Shown: piece by piece, positions 9,171 through 19,961 of the stretch | How the letters are laid out: each line of letters opens with the position of its first letter | Numbering within the stretch: position 1 is the stretch's first letter | Assembly (NCBI GenBank): GCA_050294405.1 | Contig: JBNKOC010000012.1 | Coordinates: 32,001 to 96,000, forward strand | Direction of reading: 5' to 3' | Length of the DNA: 64,000 nucleotides | Source: Fibrobacteria bacterium | Lineage (GTDB): Bacteria > Fibrobacterota > Fibrobacteria > UBA11236 > JADFYW01 | Translations under genes and position numbers: made by a program | Notes under the pieces: generated by a model | The model's database searches: none | Seen by the model: only the letters and a program-made list of their open reading frames with translations | What the model was told of the DNA's origin: nothing

Positions 9171-12044
9171 TTAGCTAACCTGGGTGGCATAACTTTCCAC
9201 ACCAGGGCAGCTGCAAACCAGATTTTTGTCACCATAGGTGTTGTCAATTCTGGAAACCGCAGGCCAAAACTTATTCTCCTCTACCCAGCCTAAGGGATAA
9301 ACAGCCTTTTTTCGACTGTAGGGATAAGGCCAGGGATCTTCAGTTAAGGTTCTTGCTGTATGGGGCGCATTTTTTAACACATTATTATTTTTATCCGCGC
9401 TGCCGGATTCGATTTCGCTAATTTCAGCCCGAATGGAAATAAGCGCTTCAGCAAACCTGTCCAGCTCCTCTTTGGATTCGCTTTCCGTGGGTTCAATCAT
9501 TAATGTGCCTGCTACAGGAAAAGAAACTGTAGGGGCGTGAAAACCATAGTCCATTAATCTTTTAGCAATATCAACCACCTCAACATTAGCGGAATGTTTA
9601 AAGGGACGAAAATCTAAAATAAACTCGTGAGCTACCCTTCCTTTTTTTCCTGTATAAAGAACCGGGTAATGATCTTTTAGTTTTTGCAGCAGGTAATTGG
9701 CGTTCAGTATAGCGATTTCGGAACTTCTACGAACACCTTTGGCCCCCAGCATTCTTATATATCCCCAAGAAATTCCCAGTATGGAAGCTGAGCCGTAAGG
9801 CGCAGCTGAAACTGCACTTATAGCTTCAGACCCCCCGATTTTAATTAAGCTGTGGCCAGGAAGAAAGGGAGCTAATTTATGGTTTACAGCAATAGGGCCC
9901 ATGCCTGGTCCGCCACCGCCGTGGGGGATGCTAAATGTTTTATGGAGATTTAAATGGCATACATCAGCCCCAATTTCAGCTGGGCTGGTTAAGCCCACTT
10001 GAGCGTTCATGTTGGCTCCATCCATATATACCAGTCCGCCATTATCGTGAATGATTTGGCAGATTTCCCTAATCTCATCTTCAAACACGCCGTGGGTGGA
10101 TGGGTATGTTATCATAGTACAGGATAAATTTTCTTTGTGCTCCAAGGCCTTGGATTTTAAATCATCCATATCAATATTTCCATGGATATCGCAGGCAACC
10201 ACCACTATTTCCATTCCCGCCAGGGCCGCGCTGGCCGGATTAGTTCCATGGGCAGAGGAGGGTATAAGAGCTATGTTGCGATTGGTTTGGCCGTTTTTTT
10301 CATGATAAGCTCTAATGACAAGTAACCCGGTATATTCTCCCTGGGCTCCGGCATTAGGCTGCAGGGAAACCGCCTCAAACCCGGTGATTTTTTGTAAAGC
10401 ACGGGACAGTTTTTCAATTAACTCCTGGTATCCTAAAGTTTGGGATGCCGGAGCGAAGGGATGTATCTGATTCCAATTGGCCCAGGACACAGGTATCATT
10501 TGAGTGGCTGCGTTTAGTTTCATGGTGCAGGACCCTAAAGGGATCATGGACCAGTTAAGAGATAGATCTTTTGATTCCAGTTTTTTTATATAGCGCATCA
10601 TTTCTGTTTCGGAATGGTAGCTATTAAATACAGGATGGGTTAAAAAAGGACTGCTTCTTTGAATTTCTGAATCAAGTTGAACTGTAGAGCTTTGAGAAAA
10701 ATCCAACTTTTCTTCTACGCCAAAAAGGTAGGCCAGGTTTTTTAAATCTTCTGGGGAAGTAGTTTCGTCAAGGCTAATGCCTAAAAGATTTTCGCCAATG
10801 TGGTTGTTTAAATTAATTCCCATATTTTTGGCTTTGCGGGTTATTTCAGAATGCTGGGACTTTTTAACTTCTAAGGCAATGCTGTCAAAAACTTGGTGGT
10901 GGAGGACTTTATATCCTCCGGCCTTTAGCGCATTTAATAATAACATGGCGTTGTAATGCACCCGCTGGGCGATTTCAAAAAGGCCTTTTGGACCGTGGTA
11001 AACAGCATACATACTGGCCATAATGGCTAAAAGCACCTGAGCTGTACATATATTGCTGGTTGCTTTTTCACGACGGATGTGCTGTTCACGGGTCTGTAAA
11101 GCCATGCGATAGCCAATGTTGCCTTTTGCGTCCTTGGATACCCCGATAATCCGACCGGGCATTAAGCGTTTGTATTCTTCTCGGGTGGCAAAAAACGCAG
11201 CGTGTGGTCCGCCAAAACCCATGGGAACTCCAAAGCGTTGGCTGTTGCCCACCACTATATGGGCTCCAAATTCACCAGGAGGTTTTAAAAGACAAAGGCT
11301 TAATAAATCCACCGCCACCACCGAGGGACAATTGGCGTCATTGGCTTTTTTTATCAACTCTTCGCAATTCCACAAAGCACCTTGACGGTTGGGGTATTGG
11401 ACCAGGATGCCAAATACATCCTTGTTAAAAGTAAAGTCTTCAACACTTTGGCTTACAATCTCGATTCCCAAAGGGTTGGCCCTTGTTTTAAGAACATCCA
11501 GCGTATGGGGGAAACAATATTCGTCTACCAAAAACTTTTTGGCGTTTTTTAGAGCTGGTTTTTTTTGGGCAATGTTATACAGCATAAACATTGCTTCCGC
11601 AGCAGCTGTGGCTTCATCCAAAAGTGAAGCATTCGCTACTTCCATTCCGCATAAATCCATCACCATGGTTTGAAAGTTTATGAGCGCCTCTAAACGGCCT
11701 TGGCTAATTTCGGATTGGTAGGGGGTGTACTGGGTGTACCAGCCTGGATTTTCCAGGATGTTGCGCAATATGACGCTTGGAGTGATACACGGGTAATAGC
11801 CTTGACCGATGTAGTTTTTAGCCAGTTGGTTTTTTTGACTGATATTTTGGAACTCTTCCAAAAACTCAATTTCGGAAAGAGGCCCTGGTAAATCCAAATC
11901 CTTTTTAAGGCGAATGGAGGAAGGAATGGTTTGTTCCAGGAGTTCATCTATTGAATTTAAATTCATTTCAGAAAGCATGGGGGCAAGGTCTGATTCCCGG
12001 GGACCAATATGTCGCTTTTCAAAAAACTCAAAATGACCAGGCAT
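9171..12044 (-). CDS. gcvP: Glycine dehydrogenase (decarboxylating), single-chain P protein
   Basis: RHIGP, YTPYQSEISQGRLE, REKATSNICTAQ, PLP lysine in HLNLHKTF, PHGGGGPG. Confidence 0.98.
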   Translation of the reverse strand: MPGHFEFFEKRHIGPRESDLAPMLSEMNLNSIDELLEQTIPSSIRLKKDLDLPGPLSEIEFLEEFQNISQKNQLAKNYIGQGYYPCITPSVILRNILENPGWYTQYTPYQSEISQGRLEALINFQTMVMDLCGMEVANASLLDEATAAAEAMFMLYNIAQKKPALKNAKKFLVDEYCFPHTLDVLKTRANPLGIEIVSQSVEDFTFNKDVFGILVQYPNRQGALWNCEELIKKANDANCPSVVAVDLLSLCLLKPPGEFGAHIVVGNSQRFGVPMGFGGPHAAFFATREEYKRLMPGRIIGVSKDAKGNIGYRMALQTREQHIRREKATSNICTAQVLLAIMASMYAVYHGPKGLFEIAQRVHYNAMLLLNALKAGGYKVLHHQVFDSIALEVKKSQHSEITRKAKNMGINLNNHIGENLLGISLDETTSPEDLKNLAYLFGVEEKLDFSQSSTVQLDSEIQRSSPFLTHPVFNSYHSETEMMRYIKKLESKDLSLNWSMIPLGSCTMKLNAATQMIPVSWANWNQIHPFAPASQTLGYQELIEKLSRALQKITGFEAVSLQPNAGAQGEYTGLLVIRAYHEKNGQTNRNIALIPSSAHGTNPASAALAGMEIVVVACDIHGNIDMDDLKSKALEHKENLSCTMITYPSTHGVFEDEIREICQIIHDNGGLVYMDGANMNAQVGLTSPAEIGADVCHLNLHKTFSIPHGGGGPGMGPIAVNHKLAPFLPGHSLIKIGGSEAISAVSAAPYGSASILGISWGYIRMLGAKGVRRSSEIAILNANYLLQKLKDHYPVLYTGKKGRVAHEFILDFRPFKHSANVEVVDIAKRLMDYGFHAPTVSFPVAGTLMIEPTESESKEELDRFAEALISIRAEISEIESGSADKNNNVLKNAPHTARTLTEDPWPYPYSRKKAVYPLGWVEENKFWPAVSRIDNTYGDKNLVCSCPGVESYATQVS

Positions 12045-12226
12045 GTTTGTAAAATTCCCTAAGTAAAATGGATGAAATGGCTCTGGAAGCTTGAAAAAAA
12101 GGCTTCTCAGAGTTCTGAAAGCTAGCTATTTGCAGGTTGGATTGCATGATTTTTTTGCTTTTTGATAAAAGCTAAAAAACGGATTGGAAGTGGTTTATTT
12201 TTAACAATTATTATATTTAGGGCGCT

Positions 12227-13231
12227 ATGAAAAAGAATATTAATACCGCAATAATGGGTGCCACTGGCGCAGTTGGTGCCGAACTTTTACAACTTTTAGA
12301 AGAAAGACAGTTTCCTTTGGGCGAATTGCGCCTTTTGGCTTCAAAACGCTCTGCTGGCAAAACAATTTCCTTTAAAGGCAAAGATTATACAATTGAAGAA
12401 CTAACACACGATTCCTTTGGCGGAATAGATTTAGTTTTAGCGTCTGCTGGTGGAAAAATCAGCAAGGAGTTTGCCCCTTCTGCCGTAAAAGCAGGAGCTG
12501 TGGTGGTGGATAACACCTCTTTTTTCCGCATGGATCCAGAAGTGCCTTTGGTGGTTCCGGAAATTAACCCAGAAAAAATTTCTGAGCACAAAGGGGTTAT
12601 TGCCAATCCAAATTGTTCAACTATTTTGATGCTTTTACCCCTTTGGCCACTGCATAAAAAATTTGGCGTAGAGAGAGTTGTGGCGTCTACTTATCAAGCT
12701 GCCAGTGGTGCTGGGGCTCTTGCTATGGAAGAATTGTTAAAAGAAACAGAGGCCTATTTGCAGAACAAAAGCTTTAAGCCAACTGTTATCCCCCATCCTT
12801 ATGCTTTTAATTTATTTCCCCATAATTCGCCCATGGGTGACGATGGTTACTGCGAAGAAGAAACCAAGATGATTAAGGAAACTAAAAAGATTTTTGGAGA
12901 ACCCGATTTTAAAGTGACCGCTACCTGTGTACGGGTTCCTGTACTTCGTGCCCATTCTGAGTCGCTTAATATACAGTTTAAAAATAAGGTGAGTGTGGAA
13001 GAAGCCTATGAAGTATTGCGTCAGGCGCCTGGCGTTGAAGTTTTAGAAGACAGGCCTCAGAACCGCTGGCCCATGCCTTTAGATGCTTCGGCAAAAGATC
13101 CAGTATATGTAGGACGCATTCGCCAGGACAAAACCCAGGAAAATACTCTTGAGCTTTGGCTAACAGGTGATCAAATCCGCAAGGGTGCTGCCCTTAACGC
13201 CATCCAAATTGCCGAGGAGCTGTTTTGCTGA
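12227..13231 (+). CDS. asd: Aspartate-semialdehyde dehydrogenase
   Basis: GATGAVG, ANPNCST, QAASGAG, CVRVPV and RKGAALNA motifs. Confidence 0.97.
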   Translation: MKKNINTAIMGATGAVGAELLQLLEERQFPLGELRLLASKRSAGKTISFKGKDYTIEELTHDSFGGIDLVLASAGGKISKEFAPSAVKAGAVVVDNTSFFRMDPEVPLVVPEINPEKISEHKGVIANPNCSTILMLLPLWPLHKKFGVERVVASTYQAASGAGALAMEELLKETEAYLQNKSFKPTVIPHPYAFNLFPHNSPMGDDGYCEEETKMIKETKKIFGEPDFKVTATCVRVPVLRAHSESLNIQFKNKVSVEEAYEVLRQAPGVEVLEDRPQNRWPMPLDASAKDPVYVGRIRQDKTQENTLELWLTGDQIRKGAALNAIQIAEELFC

Positions 13232-13374
13232 ATTTTATTTTGCTGGTTATTGCCTTGTGCATTACCGCTTTTTTATTCAGTATTTATTTCCAATTATCAC
13301 GTATAGAAAGTTCACTCAATAAAATGCTGGAAGACATTGAAGGCTATTTATTAAGGGTGTACGGAGAAGAATAA
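13225..13374 (+). CDS. Small single-pass membrane protein (49 aa), not in the ORF track
   Basis: TTG start overlapping the asd stop, GAGGAG RBS just upstream; MLNFILLVIALCITAFLFSIYFQLSRIESSLNKMLEDIEGYLLRVYGEE*; ends 5 nt before lysA. Confidence 0.6.
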   Translation: MLNFILLVIALCITAFLFSIYFQLSRIESSLNKMLEDIEGYLLRVYGEE

Positions 13375-13379
13375 TTTTC

Positions 13380-14615
13380 ATGTCTAAAGAAATTCCAAAT
13401 TTTCCTTTTTTTGATATTGCCAAAAATTATGGTACTCCCTGTTACATTTATGACCGAAAAACCATAGAATCCCGCATTGATGATTTAAAAGATTTCGATG
13501 TTGTTCGTTTTGCCCAAAAAGCGTTAAGCAACATAGGCATATTGTCTGTTGTGCGGCAAAAAAAGGCGGTAGTAGATGCTGTTTCTGCCGGTGAAATTGT
13601 AAGGGCCATGCGAGCTGGTTTTAAAACAGGTCCAGGCTTAAGTGAAATAGTTTATACGGCGGATATTTTTGATGACGATGCCGTGGAACTAATATCCAAA
13701 CATCAAATAACAGTGAATGTGGGATCCATGGACATGCTGAATCAATTGGCAGAATTTAGTCCCAAATCCGAGGTGGTTCTTCGCATTAATCCCGGTTTTG
13801 GACACGGCCATTCGAAAAAAGTGAATACCGGTGGCAACTTATCTAAACATGGAATCTGGCACGACTTAATTCCAGATTGTATGGCTCTTGGAAAACAGCT
13901 TGGCCTGAATATAGTTGGCTTACATATGCATATTGGTTCAGGTTCTGATTTTGAACACTTATCAACTGTGTGCGATGCAATGGTATCTGCCGCCAAGCAA
14001 TTTGGTTCTGGCCTTAAAGTCATTAGCGCTGGAGGAGGGTTGCCCATTCCCTATCAAAAAAATGGAAACCGCATTGATGTGGCAAAGTATTATCAAACCT
14101 GGGATGCAGCGCGTAAAAAAATTGAAGCTGAACTAAATACTAAAGTTGAATTGGAAGTGGAGCCGGGGCGCTATTTGGTGGCCGAGAGCGGCTATCTACT
14201 CAGTAAAATATGCTCCGTTAAAAATACGGGGGGCACAGACTTTTATGTGGTGGATGCTGGCTTTAACACACTGATACGCCCGGCTATGTATGGGGCCTTT
14301 CATGAAATTAGCATTCTCTCCCAAGATGCAAATCCAGAAGGGGAAAGAGAAGTCGTAGTGGCGGGTCCTTTGTGTGAATCTTGCGATGTATTTACCCAGG
14401 AAGAAGGTGGCTTCGTAACAAAACGAAATTTACCGGAAGCCAAGGTGGGGGATTTACTGCTTATTCACGACGCAGGAGCTTATGGCTCTGTAATGTCCTC
14501 CAATTACAATACCCGCAAACTGGCTCCAGAATTATTAATTGAGGGAGAAAAAATTTCGGTTATCCGAAAACCTCAAACCTTTGATCAAATTTTAGAGCTA
14601 GAACAAATTCCTTAA
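13380..14615 (+). CDS. lysA: Diaminopimelate decarboxylase
   Basis: FAQKA (PLP Lys), HMHIGSG, GGG, EPGRYLVA, GPLCES and GAYG..MSSNYN motifs. Confidence 0.96.
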   Translation: MSKEIPNFPFFDIAKNYGTPCYIYDRKTIESRIDDLKDFDVVRFAQKALSNIGILSVVRQKKAVVDAVSAGEIVRAMRAGFKTGPGLSEIVYTADIFDDDAVELISKHQITVNVGSMDMLNQLAEFSPKSEVVLRINPGFGHGHSKKVNTGGNLSKHGIWHDLIPDCMALGKQLGLNIVGLHMHIGSGSDFEHLSTVCDAMVSAAKQFGSGLKVISAGGGLPIPYQKNGNRIDVAKYYQTWDAARKKIEAELNTKVELEVEPGRYLVAESGYLLSKICSVKNTGGTDFYVVDAGFNTLIRPAMYGAFHEISILSQDANPEGEREVVVAGPLCESCDVFTQEEGGFVTKRNLPEAKVGDLLLIHDAGAYGSVMSSNYNTRKLAPELLIEGEKISVIRKPQTFDQILELEQIP

Positions 14616-14722
14616 AAAATAAACCAAATTTGTGCTCATGCGCACGCTGTGGATGAATTTAGAATTATTCAATAAAAATTAAATTGAAGAGTGCAGGACA
14701 AGGCCGCAGGAAATAATGATAC

Positions 14723-14850
14723 AAAAAATTGATTTTAAAGGATATAATTCAAGGCGGAGTGTGACGAATGAACCGATATTGTACTATTTGTACATTGAGG
14801 TTTAATTCGGAACACTCCAACGAAGAAGTATGCTTTTAAAATCAATTTTT
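14723..14850. repeat. Long imperfect palindrome (REP/MITE-like hairpin element) between convergent lysA and acs
   Basis: Terminal inverted repeats AAAAATTGATTTTAAAG(G)ATA / TATGCTTTTAAAATCAATTTTT; nested pairs GGAGTGT/ACACTCC, CGAAT/ATTCG, GAACC/GGTTT and TGTAC/GTACA. Confidence 0.7.
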
Positions 14851-16807
14851 ACTCTTCGCTACTGCGAAGTTTGGCTAGAACATTAACATCTTCAAGAGTG
14901 GTCATATCCCCTTTTGACTCCACTCCATTGGCCACATCTCTAAGCAGGCGACGCATTATTTTGCCGGAACGGGTTTTTGGAAGGGAGTCTGTAAAATGAA
15001 TTTGGTCTGGAGCCGCCAGGGGTCCAATTTCGGCGCGTACATGGCGGGTAAGTTCTGCTTTAAGGGAGTCGTCTCCTTCATTTCCTGGGGCTAAAGTGAT
15101 AAAGGCGGCTATGCCCTCTCCTTTAATTTCATGATTAAAACCAACCACAGCTGCTTCCACCACAGATTTATGAGCAACCATGCAGCTTTCCACTTCCATG
15201 GTGGAAAGACGGTGGCCGGAAACATTGATAACATCATCAATTCGTCCTAAAATCCACAAATAGCCATCTTTATCTTTAACAGCTCCATCTCCTGCAAGGT
15301 ACCATCCTTGTTTTTCAAATTTTTTCCAATATACATCAACAAAACGTTCTTTATCGCCATAAAGAGTTCTTAACATGGAGGGCCAGGGTTGCTTAAGAAC
15401 TAAGATACCGCCCTGTTCTGGGCCCAATTCTTCCCCATCTTCTGTAACTACAGCGGGTTCTACTCCAAAAAAAGGTATGCAGGCGGAACCGGGCTTGGCT
15501 TCTGTTATACCGGGTAATGGAGTTATCATAATGGCTCCGGTTTCTGTTTGCCACCAGGTATCCACAATGGGGCAGCATTCGCCGCCAATATGTTTGTAAT
15601 ACCACATCCAGGCTTCGGGGTTAATGGGCTCTCCCACACTTCCCAAAAGACGTAAGCTGGATAAGTCGGCTTTTTGGGGGTGTTCTTCTCCCCATTTCAT
15701 AAATGCTCGGATAGCCGTGGGTGCTGTATAGAAAATGTTGACTTTTAATTTTTCGATAATCCTCCAAAAACGCCCTTCATCGGGGGCATTGGGAGCTCCT
15801 TCATACATAACTGTTGTGGCGCCATTATTTAATGGGCCGTAAATTATGTAACTATGGCCGGTAATCCAGCCGATATCTGCGGTACACCAGTAAATATCCT
15901 CTTCCTTTAAATCAAAAATGTATTTGGTGCTGAGGTAAGTTCCCACCATGTATCCTCCAGTTGTATGTTGGATACCTTTGGGCTTTCCCGTGCTGCCGCT
16001 GGTGTAAAGGATAAATAAAGGATCTTCGGAATCCAGTTCCAAAGCAGGGCAATTTTCATCTACGGTCTTGGCCAAATCATGGTACCAATGATCCCGTCCT
16101 TCTTTAAGCTGAACTTTATTCTTTGCCCGCTCTACCACCAATACATTATTTACGCTAGGAGTATTTTCCACAGCTTCGGCTACTATATCGTATAAAGCCA
16201 GAACCTTACCTCTTCTAAACCCTCCATCAGATGTTATGACCATTTTGCAGTTGGCGTCGTTGACCCTATCTGTAATGGCTGGCGCGGAAAACCCTGCAAA
16301 AATTATGGAGTGAACGGCCCCAATTCTGGCGCAGGCTAGCATGGCAATGGCCAGTTCGGGAATCATAGGCAAGTATATGGCAATCGTGTCTCCTTTCTGA
16401 ATGCCTTGCTTTTTTAAAACATTGGCGAAACGGCAAACTTCTTTGTGGAGTTCCTCATAGGTGTAGATTTTTTGTTCCCCTTCAGGTTCGCCTTCCCATA
16501 TGATGGCGGTTTTATTTTTTCTGGGGCCCGTTAAATGTTTATCCAGGCAGTTGTAAGAAAGGTTGGTGGCGGCTCCTTCAAACCATTTGGCAAAGGGAGG
16601 GTTGTCCCAATTTCGAACTCTATCCCACTTTTTAAACCAGTGTAATTCTTCGGCGATTTTCCCCCAAAAGCTTTCGGGATTGTTAATGGACTCCTGGTAC
16701 ATTTCCTGGTATTGAGCCTTGGAGTTGATGAGGGCCTTGGAGCTAAAATCAGCAGAGGGAGCAAATTTTCTGTTTTCCTTGAGCACATTATCAATTGCGT
16801 TTGCCAT
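14849..16807 (-). CDS. acs: Acetyl-CoA synthetase
   Basis: [34 protein letters not shown] and [11 protein letters not shown] motifs. Confidence 0.97.
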   Translation of the reverse strand: MANAIDNVLKENRKFAPSADFSSKALINSKAQYQEMYQESINNPESFWGKIAEELHWFKKWDRVRNWDNPPFAKWFEGAATNLSYNCLDKHLTGPRKNKTAIIWEGEPEGEQKIYTYEELHKEVCRFANVLKKQGIQKGDTIAIYLPMIPELAIAMLACARIGAVHSIIFAGFSAPAITDRVNDANCKMVITSDGGFRRGKVLALYDIVAEAVENTPSVNNVLVVERAKNKVQLKEGRDHWYHDLAKTVDENCPALELDSEDPLFILYTSGSTGKPKGIQHTTGGYMVGTYLSTKYIFDLKEEDIYWCTADIGWITGHSYIIYGPLNNGATTVMYEGAPNAPDEGRFWRIIEKLKVNIFYTAPTAIRAFMKWGEEHPQKADLSSLRLLGSVGEPINPEAWMWYYKHIGGECCPIVDTWWQTETGAIMITPLPGITEAKPGSACIPFFGVEPAVVTEDGEELGPEQGGILVLKQPWPSMLRTLYGDKERFVDVYWKKFEKQGWYLAGDGAVKDKDGYLWILGRIDDVINVSGHRLSTMEVESCMVAHKSVVEAAVVGFNHEIKGEGIAAFITLAPGNEGDDSLKAELTRHVRAEIGPLAAPDQIHFTDSLPKTRSGKIMRRLLRDVANGVESKGDMTTLEDVNVLAKLRSSEE

Positions 16808-17018
16808 GGAATTCCTTTTGTTTTTTAAGTTAAAATCCAGCCAATGGGGGTAAATACCCGTTTTTTCAGCAAAAAATTAAAAATTACCCTTCAATTTATT
16901 AAGGGCAGACCATAAAATAGCATTTTAACTGAGGACGGCTATAAAAGCCTTTCAGATTTAGCCTTTTTACTTTTATCTCCCTATATTAAAAACAGGGGAC
17001 CAGTTTGCAAAAGGCTAA

Positions 17019-19802
17019 ATGAAAAATAAGCGGATCATTTTAATGGTTTTATCCCTTTGTCTGGGCAAAGCTATCGCGATGGGAGGCTCCCAGTTAAAAG
17101 AAAAATGGGATTCCCTGTATCTTGCGACAGGCAAAAAAAACATTGAATCTGCTTCGAGGTTGCTAGCTCCAGAACTGATAGGCAGGCTAAACAAAATCAA
17201 AAATCAAGGCACATTGAATCAGCAGGCTCCTTTGAACGGTTTTTCACAGGAGTTTTTGCTCAGAAAGCCACCCTCTCAAAGCTGGGATGCTTTTTTTAAA
17301 AACCAGTTGGGCTTAAAGGCTAAAGTAATCGAATTGGGAAAAAATTATGCAAATGTATCCTTAACATTACAGGAATTATTGGAGTTAAACGAAAGTCTTT
17401 CCGAATTTCAAATTTTGCCGCATTATAAGCCCCAGTACCATCAAATTGGCAAGGGGGAAATTTTCAGTGAGGCATTAACATTGCTCGGGGCTCAGGGGTT
17501 TCAGAATTCGGGATATACCGGCCAAGGAATCCAAGTGGCCGTTATAGATGGTGACTATTTGGACTTAGCGGCTTCCATTGAGGCTGGTGAGTTGTCCGCT
17601 CTTTTAGATAGTGTGGATTTTACGGCAGATGGAATGGGCCTTAAATCGGACCACGGAACCCGGGTGGCCGAACAGCTAACGGATATTGCTCCGGATATCC
17701 ATTTACATTTACTTAAAGCTGTTACCATACCTCAATTTGAATCTGCTCTGGACTATATACATAACCAGGGAATTCAAGTGGTTAACATTTCCATGGGCTG
17801 GGCGCTGTATAGTTTTGGAGATGATACGGGTCCCTTTAGCCAGGGTGTAAATGATTCCTACAACAACCACAATGTATTTTGGGCGGTTTCAGCGGGTAAT
17901 GACGCCAAAAATGTATGGACAGGGTTTTTTAATGATAGCGATGCAGATAATCTCCACGAGTTTTCTCTAAACGATCCTTTATTGGACTTTAAAAAAAGCA
18001 GTCATGTTTATATTAAATGGGATCAATTTGATGGCGCAGTAACGGACCTGGACATGCTGGTTAGTGATAAAGATGGGAATGTTGTGGCTAGTTCTACAAA
18101 TAGGCAAACGGGTGGCGCGGGAACTTCTCTTGAAAATTTGGAATTTGAATATGATTCCACTTTGGCTCCTTATGGACTGTCCGTTAATCGTTTTTCCGGT
18201 AACATCCAAAACCTTAAAATAGTTGTGCAAGCGGTTCAGGGAGAAATTTTGGAATACATAAATGGAGGGGGAAGTATTGTATATGATCCTTCTTGCGCTT
18301 CTGAAGCCATGACGGTTGGGGCGGCTTCCCATTTTTTGTGGCAAACAGATTCCTCTGTTGAGTGGTATTCCAGCCGGGGTCCAACCCCAGATGGCAGGCA
18401 AAAACCTGATATAATGGGGCCGGATAGGGCTCAAAGCTCTTTAGCTTCGGGCAGTAACATTGGAACTAGTTTCGCTTCGCCCCATGTTGCTGGGCTTGCC
18501 GCTTTGCTTTTATCTCAAAATCCAAGCTGGACGGCGGCGGAAATAAAAAATTTTATAACTACAGAAGCAGTGGATAAAGGTATAACAGGTCCAGATTCTG
18601 TATATGGAGCAGGTTTGGCCAGGTTGCCTCGTTTTGCCCCTGTTTTAGACAGTATACCAGATAAAGATATTTCTGAATGGAATGTATTTGATATGTTTGT
18701 TTCGGCCTCGGATTTAAATGGAGATTCCCTGATTTTTGAATCCCCTCAATTGCCGGATTCGTCAAGTTTGGTTTCTATAAGTAAAGACTCAGCTCTTTTC
18801 AGTTGGGTTCCAGTGGTGAATGCGGATTCCAGTTTTGATGTGCTGTTTGTGGTTTCCAATTCAGAAAAATCAGATTCCCAATGGGTAAGGTTTAATGTTA
18901 AGCAGGTAATTAAACCTCCTTTTATTGATAGTCTGTATCCTAAATCTCCCGTAATGGCTCAGGAAGGCGACGCTTTATATTTTTATGCCAATGCTCTAAA
19001 TTTAAATGGAAGCAATCCTCTTGAATACATATGGGTATTTAAAAATGACAGCGTATGCCTGGGGCAGGAATGCCTATTAAAACTTGAATTTAATACGGAA
19101 GGGACGGATAGCTTAAAACTTTTTGTTTCGGACGGTGATTCTTCCACCATGGTGTTTTGGGAACTTGAAATATTGGCGTACAACAACTCACCCGTGCCAG
19201 ACAGCACAAGAGTCGGGGAAATTGTAAGTTTGTCAGACAGTTTATTTTGGATGCCTTCACCGGATTCGAACTTTGCGGATTCTGTAACATATATCATTAA
19301 CATCTTCAGTATTATCGACAGTACCATGTTAATTCAGTTTGAATCCTCGGAACTTTATTATCCACTCTCCACTTCCGAGTTTTTGGATTTTTGGAACTCT
19401 CGCACAGATTCCGCTTTTTTGTGGAATGTTCAGGCAGTAAATGGCCAAAAGGATACAAGCGATTTTCCATTACAATATTATGCTTTATCTGTTAATGCTC
19501 CAAAAACTGTGTCTTTATCTCCCAATTTGTTTCAAAATTTAATTGAGTTTTACCCGCAAACTGTATTTACAGATTTTACACAACTTAAAATACGGGTTTC
19601 TGAACTTCAGAATTTGGAAATACGGATATACAATGCCAAAGGAGATGTTATTGAACAAATCCGCGATTCAAATGTTAGGGTAAAGCCTTATAGGAATCCT
19701 AAATTGGGGGGAAACTGGGCTCCTGGGATTTATTATCTGCAAATATTTGCAAATAAAGAAAAACTCTTTAATAAGCTTCTAGTGAAGCTGGGAAACAAAT
19801 AA
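17019..19802 (+). CDS. Secreted S8 (subtilisin-like) serine peptidase with Ig-like/FN3-like domains and a T9SS-like tail
   Basis: Signal peptide; triad VAVIDG / DHGT / GTSFASPHVAG; SAGN; KPDI; tail IYNAKG...PGIYYLQI. Confidence 0.9.
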   Translation: MKNKRIILMVLSLCLGKAIAMGGSQLKEKWDSLYLATGKKNIESASRLLAPELIGRLNKIKNQGTLNQQAPLNGFSQEFLLRKPPSQSWDAFFKNQLGLKAKVIELGKNYANVSLTLQELLELNESLSEFQILPHYKPQYHQIGKGEIFSEALTLLGAQGFQNSGYTGQGIQVAVIDGDYLDLAASIEAGELSALLDSVDFTADGMGLKSDHGTRVAEQLTDIAPDIHLHLLKAVTIPQFESALDYIHNQGIQVVNISMGWALYSFGDDTGPFSQGVNDSYNNHNVFWAVSAGNDAKNVWTGFFNDSDADNLHEFSLNDPLLDFKKSSHVYIKWDQFDGAVTDLDMLVSDKDGNVVASSTNRQTGGAGTSLENLEFEYDSTLAPYGLSVNRFSGNIQNLKIVVQAVQGEILEYINGGGSIVYDPSCASEAMTVGAASHFLWQTDSSVEWYSSRGPTPDGRQKPDIMGPDRAQSSLASGSNIGTSFASPHVAGLAALLLSQNPSWTAAEIKNFITTEAVDKGITGPDSVYGAGLARLPRFAPVLDSIPDKDISEWNVFDMFVSASDLNGDSLIFESPQLPDSSSLVSISKDSALFSWVPVVNADSSFDVLFVVSNSEKSDSQWVRFNVKQVIKPPFIDSLYPKSPVMAQEGDALYFYANALNLNGSNPLEYIWVFKNDSVCLGQECLLKLEFNTEGTDSLKLFVSDGDSSTMVFWELEILAYNNSPVPDSTRVGEIVSLSDSLFWMPSPDSNFADSVTYIINIFSIIDSTMLIQFESSELYYPLSTSEFLDFWNSRTDSAFLWNVQAVNGQKDTSDFPLQYYALSVNAPKTVSLSPNLFQNLIEFYPQTVFTDFTQLKIRVSELQNLEIRIYNAKGDVIEQIRDSNVRVKPYRNPKLGGNWAPGIYYLQIFANKEKLFNKLLVKLGNK

Positions 19803-19808
19803 AGGCTA

Positions 19809-19961
19809 TTAAAGCTGGTTGATCTTGTTTTTAATTTTTTGAATCTGATTATCGATTCGGGTATCCATGTTTTCCATGCGCTTTAACATCCGAGTTTGAT
19901 CGGCGAGTAATTGTTTAAGACTAGGATCAGAGGTCTGAATTCTCTCAGGGGGGGTATTCAT
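19809..19961 (-). CDS. Small coiled-coil-like hypothetical protein (50 aa), not in the ORF track
   Basis: ATG with AAAGGA upstream; MNTPPERIQTSDPSLKQLLADQTRMLKRMENMDTRIDNQIQKIKNKINQL*. Confidence 0.5.
   Translation of the reverse strand: MNTPPERIQTSDPSLKQLLADQTRMLKRMENMDTRIDNQIQKIKNKINQL

Noticed and set aside
12045..12226. Possible glycine riboswitch upstream of gcvP (minus strand contains CTTTCAG and CTCTG)
   Set aside because: The GGAGA / CCGAAG core and the paired stems are missing; the region is AT-rich and looks like a divergent promoter.
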